Assembly (NCBI GenBank): GCA_964036045.1
Contig: OZ038379.1
Coordinates: forward strand, 3,286,001 to 3,350,000
Direction of reading: 5' to 3'
DNA from: Eutreptiella sp. 'Long Island Sound 2002'
Lineage: Eukaryota; Protista; Euglenida
Length of the DNA: 64,000 nt
In this document: positions 40,898 through 51,197 of the stretch, piece by piece
Layout of the letters: each line of letters starts with the position of its first letter
Position numbering within the stretch: the stretch's first letter is position 1
Translations under genes and position numbers: made by a program
The notes under the pieces: generated by a model
Databases searched by the model: none
What the model was told of the DNA's origin: nothing
Seen by the model: only the letters and a program-made list of their open reading frames with translations

Positions 40898-41407
40898 TCA
40901 GGCATCATCCGCCCCCGCAGGGGCCATGGGCTCATCGACACTTGCTGCACCGCCAGAGGCCGCAGGCGGTGGTTGCGCAAGGCCAAGCTCGACAAGGATG
41001 GGCCGGATGCGCGCCTCAAGCGCCGCCCGCGCGCTCGGGGGCGCAAGCCCCTCAAGAAACGCGCGCACGCGCTCGCGCTGGGCGGCCGTGCGAGCGCGCT
41101 CGAACACCTCCGGCGACGTGAAGAGCTCCCTCGGCGTCGGGTTGTGCTCGCACCGCATGACGTGCGGGTGGGCGTCGTTGCCGCAGTCCTGCTGGCACCA
41201 CGCGCAGAAGTGGCAGCCACACCGGCCGCACAGCAGCGCCGTGCAGCCCTCGTAGTCGGCGTACGCCGCGCGGCAGCGCGGGCACCGTTGCGTGAGCAGC
41301 TCCTCCTCCACGTGACGCTGCCAGCGCTCCACGTCCGACCCCAGGGCCAGCGATGCGCTGCTGCTCGGGGCCTCGGCCTCGGCGTCCTCCATCTCTTTCA
41401 CACGGAC
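40898..41407 (-). CDS. RBR-like E3 ubiquitin ligase, last exon: RING2/Rcat domain (LTQRCPRC...DYEGCTALLCGRCGCHFCAWC...DAHPHVMRC)
   Basis: Acceptor acgtctcag|GTCCGT; stop TGA at 40898-40900; Rcat-type Cys pattern including the GC-x-A-x-x-C candidate catalytic cysteine. Confidence 0.85.
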   Translation of the reverse strand, partial: VRVKEMEDAEAEAPSSSASLALGSDVERWQRHVEEELLTQRCPRCRAAYADYEGCTALLCGRCGCHFCAWCQQDCGNDAHPHVMRCEHNPTPRELFTSPEVFERARTAAQRERVRAFLEGLAPPSARAALEARIRPILVELGLAQPPPAASGGAASVDEPMAPAGADDA

Positions 41408-41544
41408 CTGAGACGTCGTAAGCGGGGCGTGAATTTTGGGGGGGCGCAGGGAAGGGGATGGCGGAAAAGCAGTCCCGAACCCGGAGAACAAATGCTGGTG
41501 GTTGGAGGGTAACCGGCGGCAGTTGGGAGGGCAATTCGGGCGGC

Positions 41545-41680
41545 CCGTAGTGCATTTGTTTGGCATTTGTAACCCACAGTAACAGCCCCCAACCGCTTTG
41601 GCGACCTGCTGCAACCGCCTGTCTAACCGCTTCCGGGGCCGCCTCTGAGATCCCTTCCCTTCGAATGCATCCCTGCCCCG
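41545..41680. repeat. Member of a GGCGGTT/AACCGCC-rich dispersed element family (related patches ~3950-4030, 36540-36620, 38690-38770, 39480-39590, 48410-48440, 49305-49360, 55820-55900)
   Basis: ggcatttgtaacc...cccccaaccgctttggc...aaccgcctgtctaaccgcttc...aatgcatccctg and recurring aaccgccgtcggtt motifs. Confidence 0.6.
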
Positions 41681-42059
41681 GGGGGTTCCCGGATCACCCA
41701 TTGTGGGAGCCACTGGTGGGGCGCCGCAGTTGCAGGCATTTTGCCCGCGGTGCTGCTTGGCCATCTGATTGCAGCTGAAATGAGTCCCCGTGGTAGCTGC
41801 TGATCAAACACCATGGCGCCCACAAGCAAAGACAAATACACCGAGAATTATTCAATGCCGTTCAGAAAGCAGACAAGAAAACAAGAGATCCTGATAACCA
41901 AGCACACCTTCCTACACCATCCCCGAGAGGGTATTTGTGGGGGTTGGGGGTTGGGGGGGGTGCATGCAGATCTGCCACGGCGGGGGCATTGGTCAAGGAA
42001 TCGGGGATGGATTGGAGGACCGCGGCACATCGAGTCCGCGGCATCGGTCAGGGCATCAC

Positions 42060-43028
42060 CTTCAGCTTCTCGTACTCCGCCACCTGCACCGCGTCCAGCG
42101 CCGCGTGCACCTCCGCGTCCGGGATCACCACCGCGCAGCCCGGGTCCGGGCACTGCAGGCGGCCCCCGTTCCGCCGCAGCCGCGCCAGGTTGTCGGTCTG
42201 GGAGGCCACGTACATCCCGGCGCACCCCCCGCACACGCAGTGCCCATTGGGGCACAGCACCCCGGCCTGGCACGGCTCCAGGCAGATGAGGCAGGGCTTG
42301 GGGGGCGTGAAGCGGCGCCCCTCCCTCTCCCGCTCCTGCTGCGCCTGCGCCTCTTGGCACCCGCGCACGTGCTCGTCCAGGGCCGCCTGCCGCGCCTCGC
42401 GCCCGCCGCCGCCCGGGAGGGGGCGGCCGCACCGGCCGTGCAGCAGCTGCAGGAGCGTGGGGGGTGGGGCCGCCCCCGGCGCCGCTGCCGCGCCTCCCGC
42501 CTCCGCCTTCACCCGCACCGCCCCCTCGTGCGGGCGGCTGCTGTGGTCGCCACCGGCGTCCCCCGCCGGAGTTGGCGGGGGCAGTGCGGGCTCTCCCGGC
42601 GGCTCCAGCTTCACTCCATCGGCTGCTTTGGGCTGCAACGGCGCGGGGGGCGGTGCCTGCCTCAGCGCCGCGGCCGCGCCTCCGGCCTCCGGCTGCGGGC
42701 CCTCTGTCTTCACTCTCACCGCCCCCTCCGGCGTGTCGCTGCTGCTGCGGCTGCGGCTGTGGCTGTGGCTGACGCCAGCGTCTCCCGCCGCCGCAGTGGG
42801 CGGGTGCATTGCCGACGGCTCCAGTTTCACTCCCGCGGCGGCTTCGGTCTTGTTGGGGCCCGCGGGGCCCTGGGCGGGGGGCCCGACCGCCTCCGGGGCC
42901 CGCAGGGCGGCGTCGTGGAACTCGCGCAGGGCCAGGCAGTCGACGCACGCGTCCTTCAGCACGGCGTCGAAGTCCCGGCGGGACTGCTCCTGCCGGCGTG
43001 TGGCCTCGTACACGGCCTGATCGGGCAT
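42060..43028 (-). CDS. RBR-like E3 ubiquitin ligase, main exon: low-complexity duplicated N-terminus plus C3HC4 RING1 (CLICLEPCQAGVLCPNGHCVCGGC...LQCPDPGC)
   Basis: ATG at 43028 lies 3 nt after an acceptor-like ccgccag|; donor CTGAAG|GTGATG; phase 0 join to 41407 gives ~492 aa. An upstream mini-exon MDPMWQ|GT (43571-43588) is a possible alternative start. Confidence 0.85.
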
Positions 43029-44711
43029 GACCTGGCGGGGCACGGCGGATGGCACTCCGCGGGTGGGACCGGACACGCGGCGCAGTCAGCGCCATCCCAT
43101 CGGCGACTCAGTGCCGGGGGAGGGGGAGAGGGGGGGATATTCCGTGTCGAGGAAACCCTGAGTCTACAACTTCGGGCGCGACAAGACCCGCGCCATTGCG
43201 TACAACCGAACGAACAAAGTATGCGGAGTTCGAAACAGTTGCTGACGAGAAAGAGTGGACGGTTGCTGGTATTCGCTGGTGGACTCTGGACGGCTGCTGT
43301 TATTTCCCGGGGGACTCTCCTGGTGCATCGACCCGCACGCTTGTGCGCACCCCATTGAATGCCCCAGGAGCCCTACAAATGAGGGAAGACCCCATCAGCA
43401 CTTCTGCGACTTCCCTGGGAAACTAATGATCATTAACCGAATCCTCAGGCATGGTACAAGTGAGCAAAGGCAGAGCCTAACGTGCACCCGTGCAAATCCT
43501 TAAAAACACCGAACAAACTCCCCCCCTCCGGTAATATTCGCTCCGTCCACGACCAGAACTCAGTAGGAACCTGCCACATGGGGTCCATGGCTCTGCATCG
43601 GATCGGGTCTGACGTGGCGGACGCTGGTGGCGACTCCAGGTGACGCCAAAGCCGTGGCTGGGCTGCGACCCACAAAGGGGGCGACTTGACGTTCGAAACC
43701 CAACGATCTCGCAGTTCGGCGCGGATGGAAACCGAGGCCCCCGTCAACGTTGCGAAAGCAGACGGACCGGGGGAAACACTGCGGGGGACGGGGGGTGCAA
43801 CGCTGGACCCAACCCCCCTGGGCGTGAGATGGGGGTCTGGGGTGGGCGATGGGGACCGGCTTTGAAACGACCCGCAAGCCTCCGCTCGGCTCTCGTCCCA
43901 GACTTGAGCAGCGCGCTGTGGTCCGCCAGTGGCAGTCCACGGAGCGTGGCCTTCGTGCGCCTCTCGTCGCTCCGTCGGGGGGGGAGGAACGGGGACCGTC
44001 TGGCCACCCACGTCGTGAGGGGGCCCTTGTGGGTTGGCGCCTGCCTCCTTCTCCGCCCCCCCTGTGTGACATTCCGTCTGGTTGTTGCTCCTTTACGGGG
44101 CCCTGGACAGTCACCCGTTCTCCCCTTCGCATGTTGCGTCGGGTGGCTGCTTTCTGTCGGCCGCTGCGGCCGGTGCTCTTGCTGGTGTCGTTTCCGCGTT
44201 CGCGGAGCCCAGTGGTTGGTGTGTTGGGACTGTGCTGAATGTGGCGGGATGTGCCGTTTGCGTGTCAGCGGCGCCCAATAATTGGCGTATTGAGGATGTG
44301 CTGGTTGTTGCCGGGGTCGTTTGACTGTTTTTGTTGTCCACACACCTCTGTCCACAGGCCGTCCATAGCCTGCCTCGCTGTGTTTCTGTGCGGTCCAGGT
44401 GCCCTGTTCCTCCACGCGCTGTCCGGGCCGTCCACCATATGTTCTTTTCCCCCTCACGGTTGGTCTGCCCCTGATGGGCTCCCACTCCTGTTGCGCAAAC
44501 AGCCCATCTGGGCTGCAGGAGACACCCCCCACCTGATGCCGGTTGAGCAGGGGTTGGCGCCTGTCTCCTTCTCCGCCCCCCCCCCCCACCCCCCAACAGC
44601 CGCCTTCTGGTGGGATCTGCTCCGTTGCGCTGGGACAGTGCTGTCGTGTTGCTGCGGACCGTGCTCGCATCTCTCGACGAGTGCCTGCGCGAAAGCACAC
44701 GTCCGAGGGGG

Positions 44712-44935
44712 GGCGGTGAGCACGAGGCCATGGTGTTCGTTCGTTTGCCTTTGGCGGCGCCTATCGGCCTCTCGCCACTGCTCATTCTGACCCTCTGTGG
44801 GTCCGAGCGTGTTCTGGTTGTGTCAACGGAGCCCCTGGATGACTTGTCCTGTTTGACTACTTTGGGGCCGGGGGTCCCAGAGACAAGCTGTTGTCCGTGC
44901 CGTTGACCAGGTGCATCCAGATGCACACGCCCGAG
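44712..44935. repeat. Dispersed ~230-260-bp repeat family (near-identical copy 58819-59030; older inverted pieces ~30130-30235, ~30665-30750, ~31030-31135)
   Basis: Shared cacgaggccatggtgttcgttcgtttgcctttggcggcgcc...gttgaccaggtgcatccagatgcacac, including the hairpin GTGCATC-CA-GATGCAC. Confidence 0.9.
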
Positions 44936-45897
44936 GGGGGGAGGGGGTCCACAACATATCATACCTCAGAACGATCACCACGTCGCGCTGATCATTTGTA
45001 GATGTCAACAATGCGGCAACATCCTTTGCACGAAGCAAACACGGCCTCTCCAAACCACGCCCCCCCCCCCCCCACCGGCGCCGTTGGTGCCCGGCTGTTG
45101 TGGCTCCGCATGGTCGGCGCCCCTGGGGGACCATCTGTCAAAAAAGACGGGGGGACGGGGGTCGGTTCGCAGGGGAGGGGGCGATTCAACTCAGTTCTGG
45201 ACCCCAACCCCCGCGGCATGAGCGGTGGGGGGGGGGGGTCCGGGGGGGGGGGGTTCAAACAGACTTCAGCTTTTTTTGTTGGCATTGTTGAATCCCCCAC
45301 CGCTAAGATGACCCGTTCTAGGCATTTGGAACGTTCGCAAGTGGTGGGGGGGCCATTAGCGAAATGGGGCATTTGGGAACAGCAGAAAGAAATTCAGTGG
45401 CCGTGTAGAACAGTGTACGCCTACATGAGGAGCATCTACCCCCCGCCTTCTGAAGAACAACACGGCACTGCAAATGGCCAGACAGGGCTCGGGACCACAA
45501 CCAATGTGTCCTCGAATACCCCACATCACAGGCGTGGTACGTATAACAGGCATTGCGGCAGACACACAACTGAACCCGCGAAGGCACCCAACGAGCACTG
45601 TACGCCACAGGCCTACCCCCTCATTCGCGTGGGGTTGGGGGTCTGGAAGGGGGGAGGGGGGGTATCAACCGGCCCCCCCCCGCGGGGGGCCGCATACACA
45701 GACCGCCCCTCGCCCCGTGACAGGAATTGTGCCGGACATGGAACCCCTTCGACTGCGGACTCAGAAGTTCCCCGGGGGGCGGGCGCAGGATGGGTGCGTC
45801 GGGGGGAGTGGGGGAAGGGGTGAAGCCCAACTCTCCCCACGGGTGTTGGTTCATGGACCCTCCCCCCCTTCACCCCCCGCCACACGGGTGCGGAGTA

Positions 45898-46294
45898 CCC
45901 CGCCCCCCCCCTTGTATAAGCTACGCCAAAGTCCCAAATTAATACGGTCCCTACGCCTACTGTAGCTTAGACACAGGCGTAGCTTGCGCGCGACACATAG
46001 AACTACCAACACCGGGCACCCACGTTCAAAGAGGATTGCATGGTGAGCTGGTGCAAGAAAGGGGCATATAATGCACAAACATCCCCAAAATCAGAGCTAT
46101 CTGGGTCAAGTGGGCAAACACTCACAACAAATGTGTCCATGACTCTATGTGACTCGCAAATCCGTCACCAAACCCATGTCTTATGTGGCTGCACTACGTT
46201 TGGTACCGAATTCAAATTAGGTCCCAAATTAATACGGTCCCTACGCCTACTGTAGCTTGGACAAGGGCGTAGCTTATACAAGGGGGGGGGGGGG
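45898..46294. mobile_element. Tc1/mariner-type MITE, ~400 bp, just downstream of the helicase stop codon
   Basis: TIR C-run-TTGTATAAGCTACGCC ... GGCGTAGCTTATACAA-G-run; TA at 45896-97 and 46295-96; internal direct repeat gtcccaaattaatacggtccctacgcctactgtagctt. Confidence 0.85.
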
Positions 46295-46308
46295 TAGTTG
46301 GGCATCAC

Positions 46309-46965
46309 TCAGGGGCCAGAGCGCACCTCCCACGTCGGCAGCATCTGCGTCTTGAACGCCCTCTGCCGCGCCAGCCACTGCCCCGTCTCCATCCGCAGCC
46401 ACCCCTTCTCCAGCAGCGCCCGGTCCGCCGCGCTGGCCTCCGCCAGCCGCGACAGCTCCGCGCACTCCTTCCGCAGGTGCGCCAGCGCGCACTCCGCGCG
46501 CGCCAGCTCCTCCGGGGTGTCCCCCAGCGCCGCCACCTGCGCCTCCAGCCGCCGGATCTGGTCGCGGTAGTGTTGGAAGTCGCGCGTCTGCTCCTCCCGC
46601 TCGAGCTCCATCTGCCGCTGCTGCCGCGCCCGGCACTCCGCCACCGCCGGGCCGAGCGTCGCGCGGTAGATGCGCGTCGCGACGCGCCACATCGCGGGCC
46701 GGGCCGTCTCGAGGCCGGCGTGGGTGTCGCGCCGCACGGCGCGCCCGGTCGCCTGCACGACCTCGGGCCAGCCCTTGGGGTGGGGCTCCAGCAGGTGCAC
46801 GTGCTGCACCCGCAGCAGCGTCAGGCCCTGGTTGGCGTCGTGGGAGCCGAGTAGGGCCTGCACGAGGGGGCGGCCGTCGGCGCGCCGCAGCCCGTCGTGG
46901 CGGGTGCCGTCGGCGGTGAGGCGCCCGAAGGCCGCGAGCAGGCGGCGGCGTTGGAACGTGGGGCC
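46309..46965 (-). CDS. SF2 helicase gene, last exon: motifs V-VI (QGLTLLRVQHVHLLEP...QATGRAVRRDTH) plus C-terminal coiled coil
   Basis: Acceptor ccgtccgcag|GGC; stop TGA at 46309-46311; motif wording matches NCLDV D11/D6-like helicases (EG+.L..VRQVHILEP...EQ.IGRA+R..SH). Confidence 0.88.
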   Translation of the reverse strand, partial: GPTFQRRRLLAAFGRLTADGTRHDGLRRADGRPLVQALLGSHDANQGLTLLRVQHVHLLEPHPKGWPEVVQATGRAVRRDTHAGLETARPAMWRVATRIYRATLGPAVAECRARQQRQMELEREEQTRDFQHYRDQIRRLEAQVAALGDTPEELARAECALAHLRKECAELSRLAEASAADRALLEKGWLRMETGQWLARQRAFKTQMLPTWEVRSGP

Positions 46966-48028
46966 CTGCGGACGGGGGTCGGTGGCGGGGGACCGCGAGG
47001 AAGCAGAGGGATGGGCGAACGCGTGGCAACCGACAGGAACGAGCAAAAGTGGCGAAAACAGTCAACAGCAATGGCCCAATGGAGACTGGAGGATGCGTGT
47101 TTTTTGGTAGACGTCGATTGTTTCTCTTCGTTTCGGGCATTGGTGTGACATTCTGTGCGTTCTTGGTCTCCCTCGTCCCGGTTTTTGGTGGATCTTGGTG
47201 GATTTTGGTCCATTTTTGGTGGTTCTTTACGCGTTTTTGTCATTTTTGGGTCCTTTTGGGGTCATTTTTGCCAAACTTTGACGCCTTCCGGCCACTTGTA
47301 CTGGGCTTTGGGGGCTTTTGTCCAGGGGTGCATAAAGTGTTGCGGAGTCATGCCTTTCTTGAAAATGCGGGCCTGATGGTGCCTTCCATTCTCCCCACGT
47401 GCGGCACGTGTGGCGTGTGCGGTATGTGTGGCAAAGGTGCCATCGGCGTGTGTGGCATATGCGGCATGCATGTCAAATCGCGTGCTTTTCAGGCCACCGC
47501 TTGGACATATTTCAAGGTCATGCATGGTTCGGCAGGGAGACGAACACACGCACGACGGGAACCGCAGCAATAGCAGGTCACGGTGAAATGGTCGCCCATG
47601 GGATCGGCGTACGGGAGGGTAGACACGGCAGACAAACAGGAGAATCGCTACTCCCGTCCGCACGCGGTATCCCACGTGGCGCAATGTGCGATGACGCACC
47701 TGGAAGCCCCCCAAGTTGCAAACTTACAAACACACACGCGCATGCACATACACACACACACACACACGTACACATGGTGAAGCAGTTTTTTTTGAAACAA
47801 AAAGTGTTCTTGCGCAGACCCCACATGTTAAATCCCAAAATGTCCTTGGCAATTCTGGCCAAAAGACAAGCAATTTGCATTGTGTAATTTTACATTTGCA
47901 ATTTCAAACTTTCTTGCCTTCAAAACGCCATTTTTCAATCGATCGATCGATTTTTCGGTTTTTCGGTTTTTAGGGCAATAGCAAACAAGCACTGAGAACA
48001 CGCGTGCGCGCACACCAACAAACTGCAC

Positions 48029-48322
48029 CTGCAGCACGACAAAAGTCAGTTGGTCCGGGTGGTCCAGGGCACGAGGCGCAATCAGCCTCAGCCCCGTCTC
48101 AGCCACGGGGTCAGCCCATCGGAAATCGTCAGGGAAGAGCTGCTTGGCGATGGGGTGAGCATCTGCCGCTGTGGCGTGGGTCCGTGCGAGACATTGTGCC
48201 AAGCGGGTGATGGTGCATTGGTTGCTGGAGTACACAAAGTGCTTGGTCTCCAGCGCTTCAGTGTCCGGGGGGCTCAGCAGGAAGTTGGCGAGGGCCACAA
48301 ACTTGGGGGACAGATCAGAGAC
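48029..48322 (-). CDS. SF2 helicase gene exon: start of RecA2 lobe and motif IV region (LSPKFVAL...KHFVYSS...FVVLQ)
   Basis: Acceptor cggaacag|GTC, donor CAG|GTGCAG; 294 nt, phase 0-0; the spliced junction reads FVVLQ|GPTFQRRRLLAAFG. Confidence 0.82.
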
Positions 48323-49447
48323 CTGTTCCGGGGGCGTGCGTGAGTCTGAGGTATGGGAGTCCTTGACAAAAGTACCCCCCAGATTTGTGGTCTTTGCGGA
48401 CCGGCTGCTGATCGACGGCGGTTGGCGGTCAACCGACGGCGGCTCGGTTATTGCGGCGCAACGGACGCCGGTGTGGCAAGCCTTGTGCTTACCTCCCCTG
48501 CAGCACGTTTGCGCGTGGAGGGTCGCTGTAAGTCCTCCGGGAGCGCGGCGTGACTTTTCAGCTACTGTTTCTACGGTTCGCACCTGCTGTCTGGTGGGGT
48601 TGACCACTGAGCTACCGAGTGTACGATAGGCGCTGAATGGTGGGGCCTGCGCAGCCCCTCCGGATTCGAGCGCGACCCATCTCAGGGCTTTCTCCGCGTG
48701 TCACTCTGTGGGGCTGACCGGATACGATTCCAGGACCTCCAGGGGGCTCGAACAACCCCACCCCCCCCCACCCCGCGCGCAAACCATTTTTCCCCCTCCC
48801 AGGGCGTCGCATGTGGGTGGATGGTGAAGAGATTGTATGGGGGTGGTAGGAGAAGACGCGGCATGCAAATGGTGCTGGGGTGTGTCGGCGCTTATGCTAC
48901 AGCCTGCACAGGACCTCAACAGGACAGGGGGGGGGGGCATATCCCTTGATCTCTGTACACCCGATGCCTTCGCCGATCTGAAAATTACCCATGCACTGCC
49001 CTTCTAGCACTCGAGCTGTGCTGCTGGTCCCTCTACAACCCATACCGCCTACATACCACCCCAACGTTACCCGCATGCCAACAAGGTACTCCCATTGTTG
49101 TCCATACTGGACCTGGACCCCCTTCAATACCCCTCCAAGTCCCTTGTGACGGGCCCCTATCGTCTCCTGCAAAGCTGCACGTGTCTGATCATGTCCCCTG
49201 CTCCACAAGTTAGACCCGCGCTTGATGGGGTGGAGGGGCCCCGGGCCCTGTGGGATGACAGTGAGTGCGGCCACGACTGCATCGGGCTGCTTGTAACCGC
49301 CAGAACCTGACCCCCAACCGCATTTTCAACCGACAGCGGCCATTTTGCAACCGCGCTTAGAACCCAACTTCAGCCCCTCGCAAGGGCAGCGCGCTGCCCC
49401 CTACGCCCAGCACAGCGCACCTCCGTCAGCACCGGGGCCGGACTCAC

Positions 49448-50014
49448 GTCCAGCCTGGCACATAGCCCGTTCGCCGACCCGCCCCACAGCACCGTGCCGG
49501 CGGCCTGCATGTGCCTCGCGCTCAGCACCGCCAGCTTCCGCGCCGCCCCCCCCTCATCCAGCCCCAACGGGTCGAACAGCTCCGCCGGGGTCTCCACGTT
49601 GGCGGTTCGGACCCGCGGCAGCCCCAACCGGCTCACCAGCGCCACGTGCGGCAATGCCAGGGGGCAGTCCACGACGCAGTGGCCGGTGTCCTGCGGGAAG
49701 TGGGAGTAGTCGTGGCTGCCCTCCACGAACGAGACGAGGCCGCGTGCGTGCGCCGCAAGCCGGGTCTGCCAGCCTGGCGTCTCCTCCAACAGCGGGTGGT
49801 GCGGGCGCCGCGTGCGCGCGGCGCGCACCAGCTCGAGCTGCAGCAGCACCTCCGCTTTGGACCGGCCGGGAGTGCCAGACAAGAGGAAGGTCTTGCCGTT
49901 GGGGCTGCGTGTCAGGGCTTCCAGGACCGTGCCCCAGAGCGCGTCCCGGTCACAGACACGGTCGTTGAAGAGCTCGTGGGACTCGTCGATGATGACGGCG
50001 GCGTTGCGGAGCAC
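49448..50014 (-). CDS. SF2 helicase gene exon: motif II (VIIDESH) and motif III (LLSGTP)
   Basis: Acceptor cggcacag|GTG, donor GAC|GTGAGT; 567 nt, phase 0-0. Confidence 0.88.
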
Positions 50015-50142
50015 CTGTGCCGAGGTGAGGTGAGGTGAGGTGAGGTGAGGTGAGGTGAGGTGAGGTGAGGTGAGGTGAGGTGAGGTGACATGACGTGACG
50101 TGAGGTGACGTGACATGAGGTGGAGGCGAGGTGAGGTTAGGT
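50015..50142. repeat. (TGAGG)n / minus-strand (CCTCA)n pentamer array abutting a helicase acceptor site
   Basis: Directly visible; a related degenerate patch lies at ~59147-59185. Confidence 0.95.
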
Positions 50143-50181
50143 GAGCCGCCTCTCTTGCCGAAGCAGGAGGGCACAGGCTGC

Positions 50182-50281
50182 ACCTGCTCATGCAGTCTCC
50201 CACGGTGTTGTCCTTCCTAGGGACATACACCATTCTGAGGTCGAACTTGGCCAGGGTCTCGTGCTAACGAGCCCTCCGTCT
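50182..50281 (-). pseudogene. Ty3/Gypsy RNase H C-terminal remnant (RRRAR*HETLAKFDLRMVYVPRKDNTVGDCMSR)
   Basis: Matches the gypsy motif R..RW...L..FDF.+.Y.PG..N.VADALSR, with the Trp codon changed to TAG; no flanking RT or integrase seen. Confidence 0.75.
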
Positions 50282-50664
50282 GTGTTCTCTGCTATGTTAT
50301 TGCTGTCGACAACCAGTGGGGCCCATTCAAATCGAAAACTGCGCTGAGGCCTGCGCACTTATTCCGGCGGGAGTCCCCCTGGTGGTCGTGCGACCGGGGC
50401 GCCAGGGCGAAAAACAGGTCGCAAGGCTCAGCGACACCGCGGTGCCCCGTGCGGGGCAGGCCGCACTGGAGGAGCACCGTGCGGTGACATCCAGCAAGGG
50501 GGGGGGAGGGGAAACAGTGCGCGACACAAGGACTTCCGGGAAGGATATTGGAGCCCACCTCCTGCCTCCTGGCCATGAAGCGACATGGCCCGTTTTCGTC
50601 CCCAGGTCACGTGTGTGACCATGAGCCATTTTTTTTCATTCACTGGGATTGTGCGATCCCCCAG

Positions 50665-51063
50665 CCTGGATACCCCCAACCGTGACGCCGTGCGGCTGTG
50701 GACGGCTCTGGGGCCCGGGCTCTGCCGTGTGGCAGCAACTAGACACCAGGTGTGCGCCTACCCCTGCCTGGATACCTCCAACCGTGACGCCGCGCGGCTA
50801 TGGACGGCTCTGGGGCCCGGGCTCTGCCGTGTGGCAGCAACCAGACACTAGGTGTGCGCCTACCCCTGCCTGGATACCCCCAACCGTGACGCCGCGCGGC
50901 TATGGACGGCTCTGGGGCCCGGGCTCTGCCGTGTGGCAGCAACCAGACACTAGGTGTGCGCCTACCCCTGCCTGGATACCCCCATCCATGACGCCGTGCG
51001 GCTATGGACGGCTCTGGGGCCCAGGCTCTGCCCTGTGGCAGCAACCAGACACCAGGTGTGCGC
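50665..51063. repeat. 102-bp tandem repeat, ~3.9 copies
   Basis: cctggatacc begins at 50665, 50767, 50869 and 50971. Confidence 0.96.
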
Positions 51064-51197
51064 TGTGAGCGTCAAGAATAGTGCAGCGTTGGGCTTTGGT
51101 GGTAGCGAAGCCTAGGGCATTGTGTCTCGCCGTGGACGAGGAGAGGGCTAGGCTGGGTCGTCGGGAACGAGACCACTGCCAGCAGCGATGGCCAGCG

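Noticed and set aside
44082-44324. Possible next IP3R exon (LLYG...HVASGGCFL)
   Set aside because: Motif spacing does not match YG..IQL.H, there are no clear splice sites, and the sequence is GT-biased low complexity.
50585-51068. ORFs with 34-aa repeats
   Set aside because: A consequence of the 102-bp (3n) tandem unit; they lie antisense within a helicase intron.
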